Source: Candidatus Latescibacterota bacterium (GTDB lineage: Bacteria > Latescibacterota > UBA2968 > UBA8231). From it: 64,000 nt of DNA. The position numbers were made by a program, and so were the translations under genes. The stretch is from assembly GCA_965243025.1 (NCBI GenBank), contig CBDETY010000003.1, positions 1,216,001 to 1,280,000 of the forward strand, in the 5' to 3' direction. Shown here one piece after another: positions 30,583-40,389 of this stretch; within the stretch, counting starts at the first letter, position 1; each line of letters starts with the position of its first letter. The notes under the pieces are model-generated. The model was given only the letters and a program-made list of their open reading frames with translations, ran no database searches and was not told where the DNA came from.

Positions 30583-32199
30583 CTACAAGGCAGTGGGCGC
30601 GTAGCGCAGGCGCAGGCGCTTGCGCACGACGATGGCGGTGAGGTTGAGGACCAGAACCAGGGCGAGGAGCAGGAAAGTCGTCGCGTACACCATCGGCCTC
30701 GCCGCCTCGACGTTGGGGGACTGGAAACCGACGTCGTAGATGTGAAACCCGAGGTGCATGAACTTGCGCTCGAGGTGGAGGAACGGAAAAACGCCGTCCA
30801 GGGGGAGGTCGGGCGCCAGTTTCACCACCCCGGTAATCATCAACGGCGCCACCTCCCCGGCGCCGCGGGCGGTCGCCAGGATGACGCCGGTGAGGATTCC
30901 GGGCAGCGCCCCCGGCAGGACGACGCGCCAGATCATCTGCAGCTTGGTCGAGCCGAGGGCCAGCGAGCCCTCGCGAATGCCTGCCGGGACGGAGCCCAGC
31001 GCTTCCTCGGTGGCGACGATGACGACCGGGAGGGTGAGCAGGGCGAGGGTAAGGGAAGCCCACAGGATTCCGCCGGTGCCGAACGTCGGCGCCGGCAGGG
31101 CCGCGGAAAAAAACAGGTGATCGATAACCGCCCCGACGCCGTAGACGAAGAACCCGAGGCCGAACATCCCGAAGACGATCGAGGGGACGCCGGCGAGATT
31201 GTTGACGGCGATGCGGATCAGGCGGACAAGCGGTCCCTGGCGCGCGTACTCGCCCAGGTACAGTGACGCCAGAACCCCGAACGGGACCACCGCGAGGGTC
31301 ATGATGATGACCATCATCACGGTGCCGAACAGCGCCGGGAAGATGCCCCCCTCGGTGTTCGACTCGCGCGGCTGCCCGCTGAGGAACTCCCACGCCTTGC
31401 CGGCGTAGAGGGCCGCCTTGCGGGCGGTTCCCATCTGGTTGGGCAGGTAGAGCCTGACTGCGTCGGCGAGCTTTACCCTGCGCGTTTCCCCGGATGCGAG
31501 AGCGACGAGGATTTCGTCTTCATCCCCCTGGCGGCGCAGGTCGGACAGGCGCGCGGTCAGGATTTCGTACCGCTTCCAGAGCACCTCCCGGCGCGAGGCG
31601 AGCCGTTCCAGCCCGGACGCGGACCGGTCCTCGAGCTGCAGCTGGCGCTCGCGCAGCCGGATCTCCTCGATCTCGGCGTTGACCGCGGCGATCTCGTCCC
31701 GTTCCAGCCGCCGGATCCGCTTCCGCAGAGCGTCGACGCGGGCGCGGGCGGCGGCGAGCTGCTCCCAGGCAAGGGGAGTGTCGAGGGCCACCGGCTCCCC
31801 TCCGTCGACGGCGAAGGAGGTGGGAACCCCGAGCATGTCCCCCCACTCGACACGCTCCAGGACGGCCGCCCCGGCGGGGAAGGTCGTGGAGAGGATCTCG
31901 GCTTCGGGGATCCAGCGGAAATCCAGCCCGTACACGTCGCGGTTTCCGGTCTTGATCTGGAGGCGGTGGGCGGCCGCGGCCCCGGCATCCTCTGCGGGGA
32001 TCTCCTGGCGCCGGAGGATCTCGCCGAAGACGGCGGTGCCGTCGGCGAGCTCGAGCCGGGCGACGTCCCGGGGCCAGAAGAACCCCAGGCCGTTGACGGC
32101 GACGACGGCGACGAGCCCGGCGACGATCAGCAGGCAGAAGGCCAGCGCACTTCCCGCCAGCCAGATGAAGGGGTCGCCGCTGCGCAGGAAGGCTTTCAT
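30583..32199 (-). CDS. pstA: Phosphate ABC transporter permease PstA (long form with periplasmic coiled insert)
   Basis: [39 protein letters not shown]. Confidence 0.93.
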   Translation of the reverse strand: MKAFLRSGDPFIWLAGSALAFCLLIVAGLVAVVAVNGLGFFWPRDVARLELADGTAVFGEILRRQEIPAEDAGAAAAHRLQIKTGNRDVYGLDFRWIPEAEILSTTFPAGAAVLERVEWGDMLGVPTSFAVDGGEPVALDTPLAWEQLAAARARVDALRKRIRRLERDEIAAVNAEIEEIRLRERQLQLEDRSASGLERLASRREVLWKRYEILTARLSDLRRQGDEDEILVALASGETRRVKLADAVRLYLPNQMGTARKAALYAGKAWEFLSGQPRESNTEGGIFPALFGTVMMVIIMTLAVVPFGVLASLYLGEYARQGPLVRLIRIAVNNLAGVPSIVFGMFGLGFFVYGVGAVIDHLFFSAALPAPTFGTGGILWASLTLALLTLPVVIVATEEALGSVPAGIREGSLALGSTKLQMIWRVVLPGALPGILTGVILATARGAGEVAPLMITGVVKLAPDLPLDGVFPFLHLERKFMHLGFHIYDVGFQSPNVEAARPMVYATTFLLLALVLVLNLTAIVVRKRLRLRYAPTAL

Positions 32200-34457
32200 A
32201 CCCGCCTGTACCTCTCCCGGAGGCGCTGGCGCACCCCTTCCGCCGCGGTGTTGAGCAGGAAGGTGACGGCGAACAGCAGCAGGCCGCTGAGGAACAGCAC
32301 GCGGTAGAGGGAGCCCTCGTGGGGGGCCTCCGGCAACTCGACGGCGATGTTGGCCGAGATCGTGCGCATGCCGTTGAAGATCGACCAGTCCATGATCGGG
32401 GTGTTTCCGGTGGCCATCAGCACGATCATGGTCTCTCCCACGGCGCGACCGAAGCCGATCATGGTCGCCGAGAAGAGACCCGGCAGCGCCATCGGCAGGA
32501 CCACCCGGGTCGCGGTCTGCCAGCGGGTCGCCCCCAGCGCCAGGGAGCCTGCCCGCAAGTCCCGGGGGACGCTGGAGAGGGAGTCCTCGCAGATCGTGAA
32601 GATCAGGGGGATTACCGCGAAGCCCATGGCGAAGCCGATGACGATGGCGTTGCGCTGGTCGTAGCGCACCCCGGTATCCCTGAGCCAGTGCTGGAATCCG
32701 CCGTCGAAAAGCATGTTCTCGAAAGCCGGGCCGGCGGTCAGGGCGATGGCCGATCCGGCGGCGGTCACCGCTGTCAGAACCGCGAACTCGGCGTGAACCG
32801 GCACCAGACGGCGCAGGCCGGGGGTGGAGTGCAACAGCCAGGAGGTCCCCGCTGCCGCCAGGGGCACGGTGCACAACAGGGCGGCGACACCGATTACGTG
32901 GTGCTGCAGCAGGGGGGCGAGCCACAGTCCGGCGAGAAAACCGAGGATCACGCTCGGCAGCGAGGCCATGATCTCCACCGCCGGCTTGACGACGTTGCGG
33001 ATCCCGGGACGGGCGAACTCGGCGGTGTAGATGGCGGCGAGCACGGCCAGCGGCAGGGCGAAGAGCAGGGCGTATACCGTTCCTTTCACGGTGCCGAAGA
33101 CCAGCGGCACCATGCTGAGCTTCGGCTCGAACTCGTCGGTGCCCCCGGTCGACTGCCAGACGTATTCCGGTTCCGGGTAGCCTTCGTACCAGACTTTGCC
33201 GAACAGCGACCGCAGGCTGATCTCCGGGTGGGGATTCGAAAGCTCGAACAGGCTCACCTCACGGGTACCGCCGGCGAGGAAACCATCCGCTTTCGGGGCG
33301 CAGGAAATGGAGGCGACCGGGCCTGCCCCGGAGTCGATGTCGAAGAAGGTCTGTTCCGAAGTGGCGTGGTGCAGGGCGACCCGCCCGGATCTGGAGCCGG
33401 TGAGAAACTGCCTGTCCCGGGCGGAGGGAGCGATGCAGGTGATGGCGCTTTCCCGGGCCGGGAAGGTGTGGATCCGCCGGTACCTCCTCGCCCCGGACTC
33501 CCCGGGCTCGGGCACTTCGAACCAGACGCTCAACCCCCCCGAGGCGTCGCCGACGGCAAGCGACAGGTCGCCCAGCAGGAATTCGAGCGCCGTAACCGGG
33601 TGCTCCGAGACGCTCAGGGTCCGGGAATACCGCGGTGGGGTTCGGGGGCCTTCCAGGGACCACTCGATGATTTCCCCCGAGGCGGTCCCGGCCAGCAGCT
33701 GGCGCCCCGATCCGTCGACGACGACGCTGCTGGCGGGTGCCGGCAGCTGCCGGGTCAGGTCGTGAACTCCCCGGTCAACCACCTCGCCACGACCGGGGGG
33801 GCTGCGTCTCCAGGCGCTGATCACGGCCTGCAGTTCGCCCGCCGCGGAGATGCTGGCAAGCACCGATCTCGAGTCGCCGTCGCCGCGGTAGGAAAGCCGC
33901 AAGGGCGGGTCTCCGACTTCGTGCACCTGCAGCGGCGGGGAGAAGGAGACCTCCGGGGTAACGACGCGCCGGCCGTCGACGAACCCGATTTCGAAGCGGA
34001 TGGTTCCGGTCTGGACGCTCCCGTCGGACAGTCCGAGGGCGATCTGCCCGCCGCGGTGGCAGGCCGCGGTGACCAGCACCTTGCCGCTGTCGCGGGGGGC
34101 GACCCGGCGCTCGACCCTTCCGGAAGGAAGGCTCCGGAACTCCAATCCGTTCGGGACCACCGCGAAGGCGATTTCCCGGTAGGGATCGAGCCCCACCGCC
34201 AGCGGCGCTCCTGCCGGGGCCGGGATCGATCCGGTGCGGGCGATTTCCGCATCGCCGAAGAGCGGGTAGGTCTCCCGGGCGACGAACACGAAGATCCCCA
34301 GGACCGCGGCGATGATTCCGATGCCCCCGCCGGCAATGAGGCAGCCTCCGAGGCGGTCGAGAAGCCTGGCGCGTCGACCGACCCTCCCCCGGGACCCCGG
34401 CCCCCCGGGAGGGGACAGGGGACCCCGCGCCGGGTTATTTGGAGCCGGCTGTTTCAA
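32196..34457 (-). CDS. pstC: Phosphate ABC transporter permease PstC (long form with WD40-like periplasmic domain)
   Basis: LFGKVWYEGYPEP..VWQSTGG...EPKLS, PSVILG, GRAVGETMIVLM. Confidence 0.92.
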   Translation of the reverse strand: MKQPAPNNPARGPLSPPGGPGSRGRVGRRARLLDRLGGCLIAGGGIGIIAAVLGIFVFVARETYPLFGDAEIARTGSIPAPAGAPLAVGLDPYREIAFAVVPNGLEFRSLPSGRVERRVAPRDSGKVLVTAACHRGGQIALGLSDGSVQTGTIRFEIGFVDGRRVVTPEVSFSPPLQVHEVGDPPLRLSYRGDGDSRSVLASISAAGELQAVISAWRRSPPGRGEVVDRGVHDLTRQLPAPASSVVVDGSGRQLLAGTASGEIIEWSLEGPRTPPRYSRTLSVSEHPVTALEFLLGDLSLAVGDASGGLSVWFEVPEPGESGARRYRRIHTFPARESAITCIAPSARDRQFLTGSRSGRVALHHATSEQTFFDIDSGAGPVASISCAPKADGFLAGGTREVSLFELSNPHPEISLRSLFGKVWYEGYPEPEYVWQSTGGTDEFEPKLSMVPLVFGTVKGTVYALLFALPLAVLAAIYTAEFARPGIRNVVKPAVEIMASLPSVILGFLAGLWLAPLLQHHVIGVAALLCTVPLAAAGTSWLLHSTPGLRRLVPVHAEFAVLTAVTAAGSAIALTAGPAFENMLFDGGFQHWLRDTGVRYDQRNAIVIGFAMGFAVIPLIFTICEDSLSSVPRDLRAGSLALGATRWQTATRVVLPMALPGLFSATMIGFGRAVGETMIVLMATGNTPIMDWSIFNGMRTISANIAVELPEAPHEGSLYRVLFLSGLLLFAVTFLLNTAAEGVRQRLRERYRRV

Positions 34458-35415
34458 TCTTGGCCAATTCCTCCAGGAGGACTTCCAGGGGAATCGGCAT
34501 GTAGCCGTCCTTGACGACGATTTCCTGGCCTTCCCTGGAAAAAACGAAGCGGCAGAACTCGCGGATCATCGGGTCGAGCGGCTCGCCCGGCCGCCGGTTG
34601 ATGTAGAGGAACAGGTACCGACCCAGGGGGTAGGTTCCATCCAGGACGTTCTCGTAGGTCGCCTCCCTGAAGGGACCCTCTTCCCCGGCAAGGGGCACCA
34701 CCCTTACCCCGGAGGTGCGGTATCCGATCCCGCTGTATCCGATTGCGCTCAGCTCTTCGGTCACCCCCTGGACGACCGACGCGGACCCGGGCTGCTCCTT
34801 TACCGTGTCTTTGTAATCCCCCTCGGAGAGGGCGACTTTCTTGAAATACCCGTAGGTTCCCGAGGCGGAGTTGCGGCCGTAGAGGCTGATGGGCGCCCGG
34901 GCCCAGGAGCCCCCCAGGCCGAGCTGTCCCCAGCTGCTGATCTCGTCGGCAAGCCCTCCGCGCCTGGTTTTCGAGAAGATGGCGTCGACCTCGGCAAGGG
35001 TGAGCCCGGCGACCGGGTTGTCCTTGTTGACGAAGAGGGCGACGGCATCGAGGGAGGTGCGCAGGGGAGTCGGTTCGTACCCGTACTTCGCCTCGAATCT
35101 GTCGACCTCGGTCGGCTTCATGGCTCGCGACATCGGCGCGAACTGGGCGGTGCCCTCGATAAGGGCCGGGGGAGCGGTACTGCTGCCCTTTCCTTCGATC
35201 TGAATGGTGACCGAAGGGTAGTATCTGCGGAAACCCTCGAGCCACAGGGCCATCAGGTTGTTCATCGTGTCCGAGCCGATGCTGCCGGCGCTTCCCGAGA
35301 TACCTCTGGCCTTCTCGTACGGTCCTACCCCGGAATCGATCTGGATGGTGCCCGACAGGGAGGCCTGTGCCCCGACAAGCAGAAGCAACGCCGCCGGAAG
35401 GGATCTCCGTAACAT
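34435..35415 (-). CDS. pstS: Phosphate ABC transporter substrate-binding protein
   Basis: Signal peptide; GSDTM, EGKGSST, GRNSASGTY.YF, YPLGRYL. Confidence 0.95.
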   Translation of the reverse strand: MLRRSLPAALLLLVGAQASLSGTIQIDSGVGPYEKARGISGSAGSIGSDTMNNLMALWLEGFRRYYPSVTIQIEGKGSSTAPPALIEGTAQFAPMSRAMKPTEVDRFEAKYGYEPTPLRTSLDAVALFVNKDNPVAGLTLAEVDAIFSKTRRGGLADEISSWGQLGLGGSWARAPISLYGRNSASGTYGYFKKVALSEGDYKDTVKEQPGSASVVQGVTEELSAIGYSGIGYRTSGVRVVPLAGEEGPFREATYENVLDGTYPLGRYLFLYINRRPGEPLDPMIREFCRFVFSREGQEIVVKDGYMPIPLEVLLEELAKIETAGSK

Positions 35416-35478
35416 TGCCCCTCGATCAGAACTGGTTGCAGGAAAGGGAGCTGCGGTCGCTGTAACAATCAGAAAGGA

Positions 35479-35511
35479 ATTTGTTACAGAAATGTTACAC
35501 AAATGTTACGC
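35479..35511 (-). promoter_or_regulatory. Pho box (three 11-bp direct repeats) upstream of pstS
   Basis: Minus strand GCGTAACATTT GTGTAACATTT CTGTAACAAAT, an AT-rich island 64 bp upstream of the pstS start. Confidence 0.85.
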
Positions 35512-35569
35512 TTTTTTTAAGGCGCACGGATCCCTTCCGAAAGCCGGGAGCGGGGGGTAAGTCCCCAGA

Positions 35570-38182
35570 TCAGTAGACGACGTGAACGAGCCGGTGGGCA
35601 GTCGTCGCCGTGGCCGATTCGGAATCGGTGTTCACCTCGATGCGGGCGATGTAAGTCCCGGGGGGAGTGACGGTTCCGGAGGCGTCGCGCCCGTTCCACG
35701 TCATCGTGTAACTGCCCCTTGGGTCGGTGCGTTTCTCGATCAGCTCCTCGACGACGGCACCGCGAAGGTCGAAAACGGTGAGCGCGACGGTCTGCACGGC
35801 GCTGATCCGGGTAACGCTGAAGTCGAAACTCACTTCGTCGTGGATGCCGTCTCCGTTCGGGGTCAGCACCCGGTTGCCGGCCTCGAGATCGCGGATTACC
35901 TGGTTGCCCTCCAGGGCCAGCACGGTCGTGGTCTGGCTGTCGACGAGATCGGTGGCGTCTCCGGGGTCGACCCGCTGCCAACCCGGCGAGCGCGAATTCT
36001 GTCCGGCGGCCCTGAATGACGTACTGGTGGAATAGGTGGTCGCCAGAAAGCGCACTTCCACCAGTTCGACGCGGCGGTTCAAAGGTTCGGGAAAGCGAAA
36101 CCGCAGGCTTCCGGGAGGAGAATCGATCACCTCCAGATCCGGCAGTTCGAATACCGTTTCCCCACCGAGCCCGAAGTCCCCGTCGCTTCCGGCGCGCGCC
36201 TCGACGAGCTCGAGGGTTGCGTCCCCACTCGCCTCTATCCTGATCTCGTCGAACACCTGCCGGGAGGAGCCGAAGAAGGGACGCAGGAAGAAGGATAGTT
36301 CTCCGGGCCTGCCCAGCTGGTCGATCAGGGTCGGTGAGACTTCCCCGATCAGCCGGTCGGCGACCGGGTCGGAGAGATTCACCTGGATGGAGTGCAGGCG
36401 GGCGGCCTCATGCGGGTTCCCGGACAGGACCGACGCCCTGATCTGCATGTACTGACGGGGGCTGGGGGAAGTGATTTCAGCTCCCTTCCGCACGTACGGA
36501 ACGCTCCACGGGCTCCAGTCCCCTGACGGCTCGAACCGGGTTTCGATATCTCCCCGCTTCGACTTGGGCAGCCGGTCGTAGCGGCTCCCGGAGATGACGT
36601 TGCCCCCCGAGTCGTAGTAGACGCTGGTCTCGTCCAGGGTGTCGCCCGACCGGGTTCGCAGCTGCACGCTGGTTCCCGGAGGGGTATCGGCCTCCCATTC
36701 CAGCGACAGCAGGTTCTTGCTGCTGTCGAGAAGTATCAGGTCGGAGGTCAGCTCGACGCCGGCCACGAACCCCTCCCCGTATACCAGCATTTCGAGGATG
36801 CCCCACCACAGCTTCCGGTTCATGAAGCGTCCGAAATTTCCGAAGGGAGCCCTGATGTAGCGGGCGGCGACGGGCTCCATCGAGAACTGGAAATACTTCG
36901 CCCTGTTGTCGGCCGCAGGAATCTCCTGCAGGGCGCCGGCGACGCTGTTTCCGGCCACCCGCGTCCAGGCGAGACCGCCGTCCGGGGTGCGCGACCCGTC
37001 GGAGACCTCGACGGAAAGCTCGTCGATGCCCCCTTCGCCGTCGTTGAGGAACTGCACGGTTTCGATCCAGTAGTGGGCCCCGAGGTCCACGAGTATGTGG
37101 TAGACGAGACCGCCGAAAATGGTGCCGTTGTGCCCGGTCGAGTACATCCCGTCGGAAATGGTGTTGCCGAGGTTCTTCGGGGTCGGGGAGTCGATCTCCA
37201 CGGTCGCGAGTCCGCCGCGCCGGGCGAGGCCGAACAGGAGATTGTCGCCAACCGTCCAGGCCTCGACCTCGGCCAGGCGGGGCAGCTCCCTCCGGTAGTA
37301 CCGGATCCGTCCCCGTCTCTCCGGTGCAAGGTCCCCGAATTCCTCCTCGGTTACCGCTGTTTCCCTGCCGGAGGGTTCGCTCCGGAAATACTCGACCGCT
37401 CCTTTGCTGCCGGCGGGCAGCAGCTCGTAGGCTTCGGCCGGCACCTCTTCGGCGCGGTCGAGGTCGCTGTCGGTGACGACCACACGGATCTTCTCGAGGG
37501 CGTCGCCGGCGAAGCCGCCCCTGGTAACGATGGTGCGGTGGCCCACTCCGCCGGACTGGGACCTCGGTGCCGGGAAGTATTCGAAGACCCGCCGATCCTT
37601 GTTGGGGCGGTCCGTCCTGCCGATTTCCCAGTAGTTGGGAACGCTGGTGCCGTCGAGGTAGAAATCGGGAGCCGACACCGGGGGAGGAGTGTGCCAGAGC
37701 AGGACCTTGAACTGGTTGAACGGGTCGCCGTCTCCCTCCCCGGCGAAGCGAAGAACGATCCGGTCGACGACGACGATGCGCCCCAGGTTGACCTCGACCC
37801 ACCAGTTTTCCCGGCCGCTGTCGAGATCGGGGCTCCAGGCGGTGTTCATGTCACCGTCGATGAGGAAGCGCGCATTTCCGGGGTTGGAGCCGGCCGTCGC
37901 TCCGCCCTGGTTGTCCTCGGTCGCGAATTCCGCCGCTTCGAGGGCGGCATTGACGTTCTTGCGAATGAACCGCGGCCCGACGGATCCGGAGGGGGAGATC
38001 TCGACAGTCCCGCCGGCAACCTCCCAGGCACCCCAGTGGGAGCTGCGGTCGACGACGATCCGGTTTCCCGCAACGAGGTGGCCCTGCTGTGCCTGGGAGC
38101 TCCAGGCGCAGAAGAGGCAGAGACAGGCTGCCGCGAATGCAACCGGCAGGCGCGGCAAGCGGGGTGTGCCTGGGTGTGTCAT
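35570..38182 (-). CDS. Large secreted protein with discoidin-like repeats and C-terminal FlgD-Ig-like domain
   Basis: SD AAGGAGG, signal peptide; LIDGDMNTAW, VNLGR, LVYGEGFV, RTRSG, DWSPWSVPY, LTPNGDGIHD, WNGRD.SG..TPPGTY. Confidence 0.88.
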   Translation of the reverse strand: MTHPGTPRLPRLPVAFAAACLCLFCAWSSQAQQGHLVAGNRIVVDRSSHWGAWEVAGGTVEISPSGSVGPRFIRKNVNAALEAAEFATEDNQGGATAGSNPGNARFLIDGDMNTAWSPDLDSGRENWWVEVNLGRIVVVDRIVLRFAGEGDGDPFNQFKVLLWHTPPPVSAPDFYLDGTSVPNYWEIGRTDRPNKDRRVFEYFPAPRSQSGGVGHRTIVTRGGFAGDALEKIRVVVTDSDLDRAEEVPAEAYELLPAGSKGAVEYFRSEPSGRETAVTEEEFGDLAPERRGRIRYYRRELPRLAEVEAWTVGDNLLFGLARRGGLATVEIDSPTPKNLGNTISDGMYSTGHNGTIFGGLVYHILVDLGAHYWIETVQFLNDGEGGIDELSVEVSDGSRTPDGGLAWTRVAGNSVAGALQEIPAADNRAKYFQFSMEPVAARYIRAPFGNFGRFMNRKLWWGILEMLVYGEGFVAGVELTSDLILLDSSKNLLSLEWEADTPPGTSVQLRTRSGDTLDETSVYYDSGGNVISGSRYDRLPKSKRGDIETRFEPSGDWSPWSVPYVRKGAEITSPSPRQYMQIRASVLSGNPHEAARLHSIQVNLSDPVADRLIGEVSPTLIDQLGRPGELSFFLRPFFGSSRQVFDEIRIEASGDATLELVEARAGSDGDFGLGGETVFELPDLEVIDSPPGSLRFRFPEPLNRRVELVEVRFLATTYSTSTSFRAAGQNSRSPGWQRVDPGDATDLVDSQTTTVLALEGNQVIRDLEAGNRVLTPNGDGIHDEVSFDFSVTRISAVQTVALTVFDLRGAVVEELIEKRTDPRGSYTMTWNGRDASGTVTPPGTYIARIEVNTDSESATATTAHRLVHVVY

Positions 38183-38369
38183 GTGCCGTCCCTCCTTTCC
38201 CGAGGCCATGGAGCGGGTCCCGGCCTGACGGATCACGCCATGAGGAAGGTTGGACCTTTCATCAACGGAAACGGCCCGGTCCAGGTCGGGAACCGCCCGG
38301 AAGCACCCTCCGGCACATGACCATCTGAAAGAGACTGCTGTTCCAGGTGGCCTGCCGGCGCCGAGGGAT

Positions 38370-39488
38370 TCAGAAATTCCAGGTGAAGTGAAGATCCACC
38401 CTGTTGGCCGTCCCGTCGTCCAGGCCTTTGTACTCGGTTGTCCAGTGCAGGTACTCGACCGCGGCCTGGAAGCTCTTCCAGGGCCGGTAGCGGTTCACCA
38501 GGTAGACTGCGTGATTCCTGGTGCGCCCCCCTTCCGGCACCGCCTCCTCGTCGGGGGTGTCCGTCATCGCTCCCACGTACAGCTTCCAACCCTGGCCCGG
38601 CTTGACCAGAACATGGACCCAGCCTCCGGAGGAGGGGATCTCCTCGCCGGTCTGCGTGTTGACTCCCTGACCGATGCCGCCGCGGATGTCGGAGAGATTG
38701 CTGCCCGTCCAGCCCTCTCCCTCGACGGTCAGCCTGTCGGCCGCCGATACCGAGAAGTCGACGCCTGCCACCGACGAGGTGAAGTCGGAGGAATTGCCGG
38801 CCACCGGGGTGGCTGTCTTCTCCGACCCTCTGTGGGCCCAGGCTCCGGCCTTGAACTTGCCATGCTCAATTCCGACCCTGGCCTGCAGGAACGGCACCGC
38901 CGCCTCCCAGCCGTCGAGAATCCCGTTTTTGTCCAGGTCCTGCTTGTCCACCGCCCCTGTCTGACCGAGGGCGACTGCCGCGGAGAAACCGGTCCCGGGC
39001 TTGTAGGTCAGGCGCGCCTGGGGATGGCGGTCGCCCAGGTTGCCGGTGTTCCACATCATGCCGTCGTTGTTGGCTGCCGGGAACAGGGGGGAGATCAGGT
39101 CCCAGGTCTGGCCGGCCAGGAAGTGCCAATCCCCTTTCTTCAGGTTGAAATACGCCTTGCGCAGGCGCAGAATCTGGCGCGACTCGCTGCCGCCGTTCTG
39201 GAAATCGGCCTCGATGACTCCGCTGATCTCGCTGCCCTCGCCCACTTCGGCCGGCGAAAATCTGGCTCCGACCCGGGTCAGGCGGGGGTAGATGGTCAGG
39301 TTGCCGTTGTTTTCCGCGCCTGGCGGCTCCGATTTCACCCAGTTGGGGTACTGGTGGTGCGACAGCCTCGAGTCGTCGAAGACGGCGTCGAAGCGGACAA
39401 AGCCGTAGGGTGTGATCTCGCCCGCGGACCCAGGCTCCGGTCCACTCATCAGGCAGACGAACACAGATGCGGCAATTGCTTTCTTCAC
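38370..39488 (-). CDS. Outer-membrane beta-barrel porin (DcaP-like)
   Basis: SD AAGGAG, GTG start, signal peptide; YGFVRFDA, TR.G, IEADF, LRLRKAY, LAGQTWD; C-terminal Phe (FTWNF). Confidence 0.8.
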   Translation of the reverse strand: MKKAIAASVFVCLMSGPEPGSAGEITPYGFVRFDAVFDDSRLSHHQYPNWVKSEPPGAENNGNLTIYPRLTRVGARFSPAEVGEGSEISGVIEADFQNGGSESRQILRLRKAYFNLKKGDWHFLAGQTWDLISPLFPAANNDGMMWNTGNLGDRHPQARLTYKPGTGFSAAVALGQTGAVDKQDLDKNGILDGWEAAVPFLQARVGIEHGKFKAGAWAHRGSEKTATPVAGNSSDFTSSVAGVDFSVSAADRLTVEGEGWTGSNLSDIRGGIGQGVNTQTGEEIPSSGGWVHVLVKPGQGWKLYVGAMTDTPDEEAVPEGGRTRNHAVYLVNRYRPWKSFQAAVEYLHWTTEYKGLDDGTANRVDLHFTWNF

Positions 39489-39806
39489 GAATCGCTCCTT
39501 TTGAGGTTGATGCGGGCCGGACAGGGCCGGCACCGCTTCCCGACCATGGCAAACCGGATCGATCGATGGCCGGGGGCCCATCCTGTTCCGAGGGGCCGCT
39601 CTTCGGACCGCCGATGTTCTCGAGGTTCCAAACTTCGTCAAAACCATAACGGTGACAAGGTAAAAAAAATGGCAACGACCGGGGGAAACCGGACCAGCCG
39701 ATGCCGGCCGGTTTTTCCCGCCATTCGTCGAGAGTTGCAGACAGGAATCCTGTCTCTATGTTTCCCGGTCGCAATCCAACCCGGAAATGGAAACAGGAGA
39801 AAAACC

Positions 39807-40328
39807 ATGTCGCGCACTGGAGTCGTAACCTTCGCGGGGGGACCGCTGACCCTGGCAGGAGAGGGGTTGAGCGTCGGCGAGCAGGCCCCCGGCTTCGTTC
39901 TGCACTACTTCGAGGACGGCATGCAGACCATTACCCTGGAGGATCTCAAGGGAAAGCCGTCCATCGTCAGCGTGGTGCCTTCCCTCGACACCCCGGTCTG
40001 CGCCGTGCAGACCAGGCGATTCAACGAAGAGCTCTCCTCCCTGGGGGACGGGGTAAACGCCCTGACGGTCAGCTGCGACCTGCCGTTCGCCATGGCCCGC
40101 TTCTGCGGCAGTGAGGGGATCGCGAGCATGCGCACCGGCAGCGATTACCAGGACCGCCGCTTCGGGGAGGACTGGGGGTTGACGATCGAAGAGCTGAAAA
40201 TCCTGACCCGGGCGGTCTTCGTGCTCGACGCGGATGGAACGATCGTCTACTGCCAGGTCGTTCCCGAGGTTACGGACGAACCCGACTACGACGCGGCGTT
40301 GGCCGCACTCCGGGAGTTGTCCGCCTGA
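39807..40328 (+). CDS. tpx: Thiol peroxidase (atypical 2-Cys peroxiredoxin)
   Basis: SVVPSLDTPVC, S.DLPFA.ARFC, RAVFV, EPDYDAAL; SD AGGAG. Confidence 0.95.
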   Translation: MSRTGVVTFAGGPLTLAGEGLSVGEQAPGFVLHYFEDGMQTITLEDLKGKPSIVSVVPSLDTPVCAVQTRRFNEELSSLGDGVNALTVSCDLPFAMARFCGSEGIASMRTGSDYQDRRFGEDWGLTIEELKILTRAVFVLDADGTIVYCQVVPEVTDEPDYDAALAALRELSA

Positions 40329-40389
40329 ACTGCCCGGATTCGGGACTCGCCACGCCTCCCGGCTGCATGCCGGGTAGCCGGTTCCCGCG

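Noticed and set aside
28320-32925. Over-long ORF calls for phoB, pstB and pstA
   Set aside because: The extensions are alternative frames of upstream genes; true starts are 29024, 30574 and 32199.
30583-34457. Unusually long PstC/PstA with periplasmic inserts
   Set aside because: Known long-form architecture (for example Pseudomonas-type); not novel.
38250-39806. Long extension upstream of tpx
   Set aside because: Antisense shadow of the porin; the tpx SD and ATG are at 39807.
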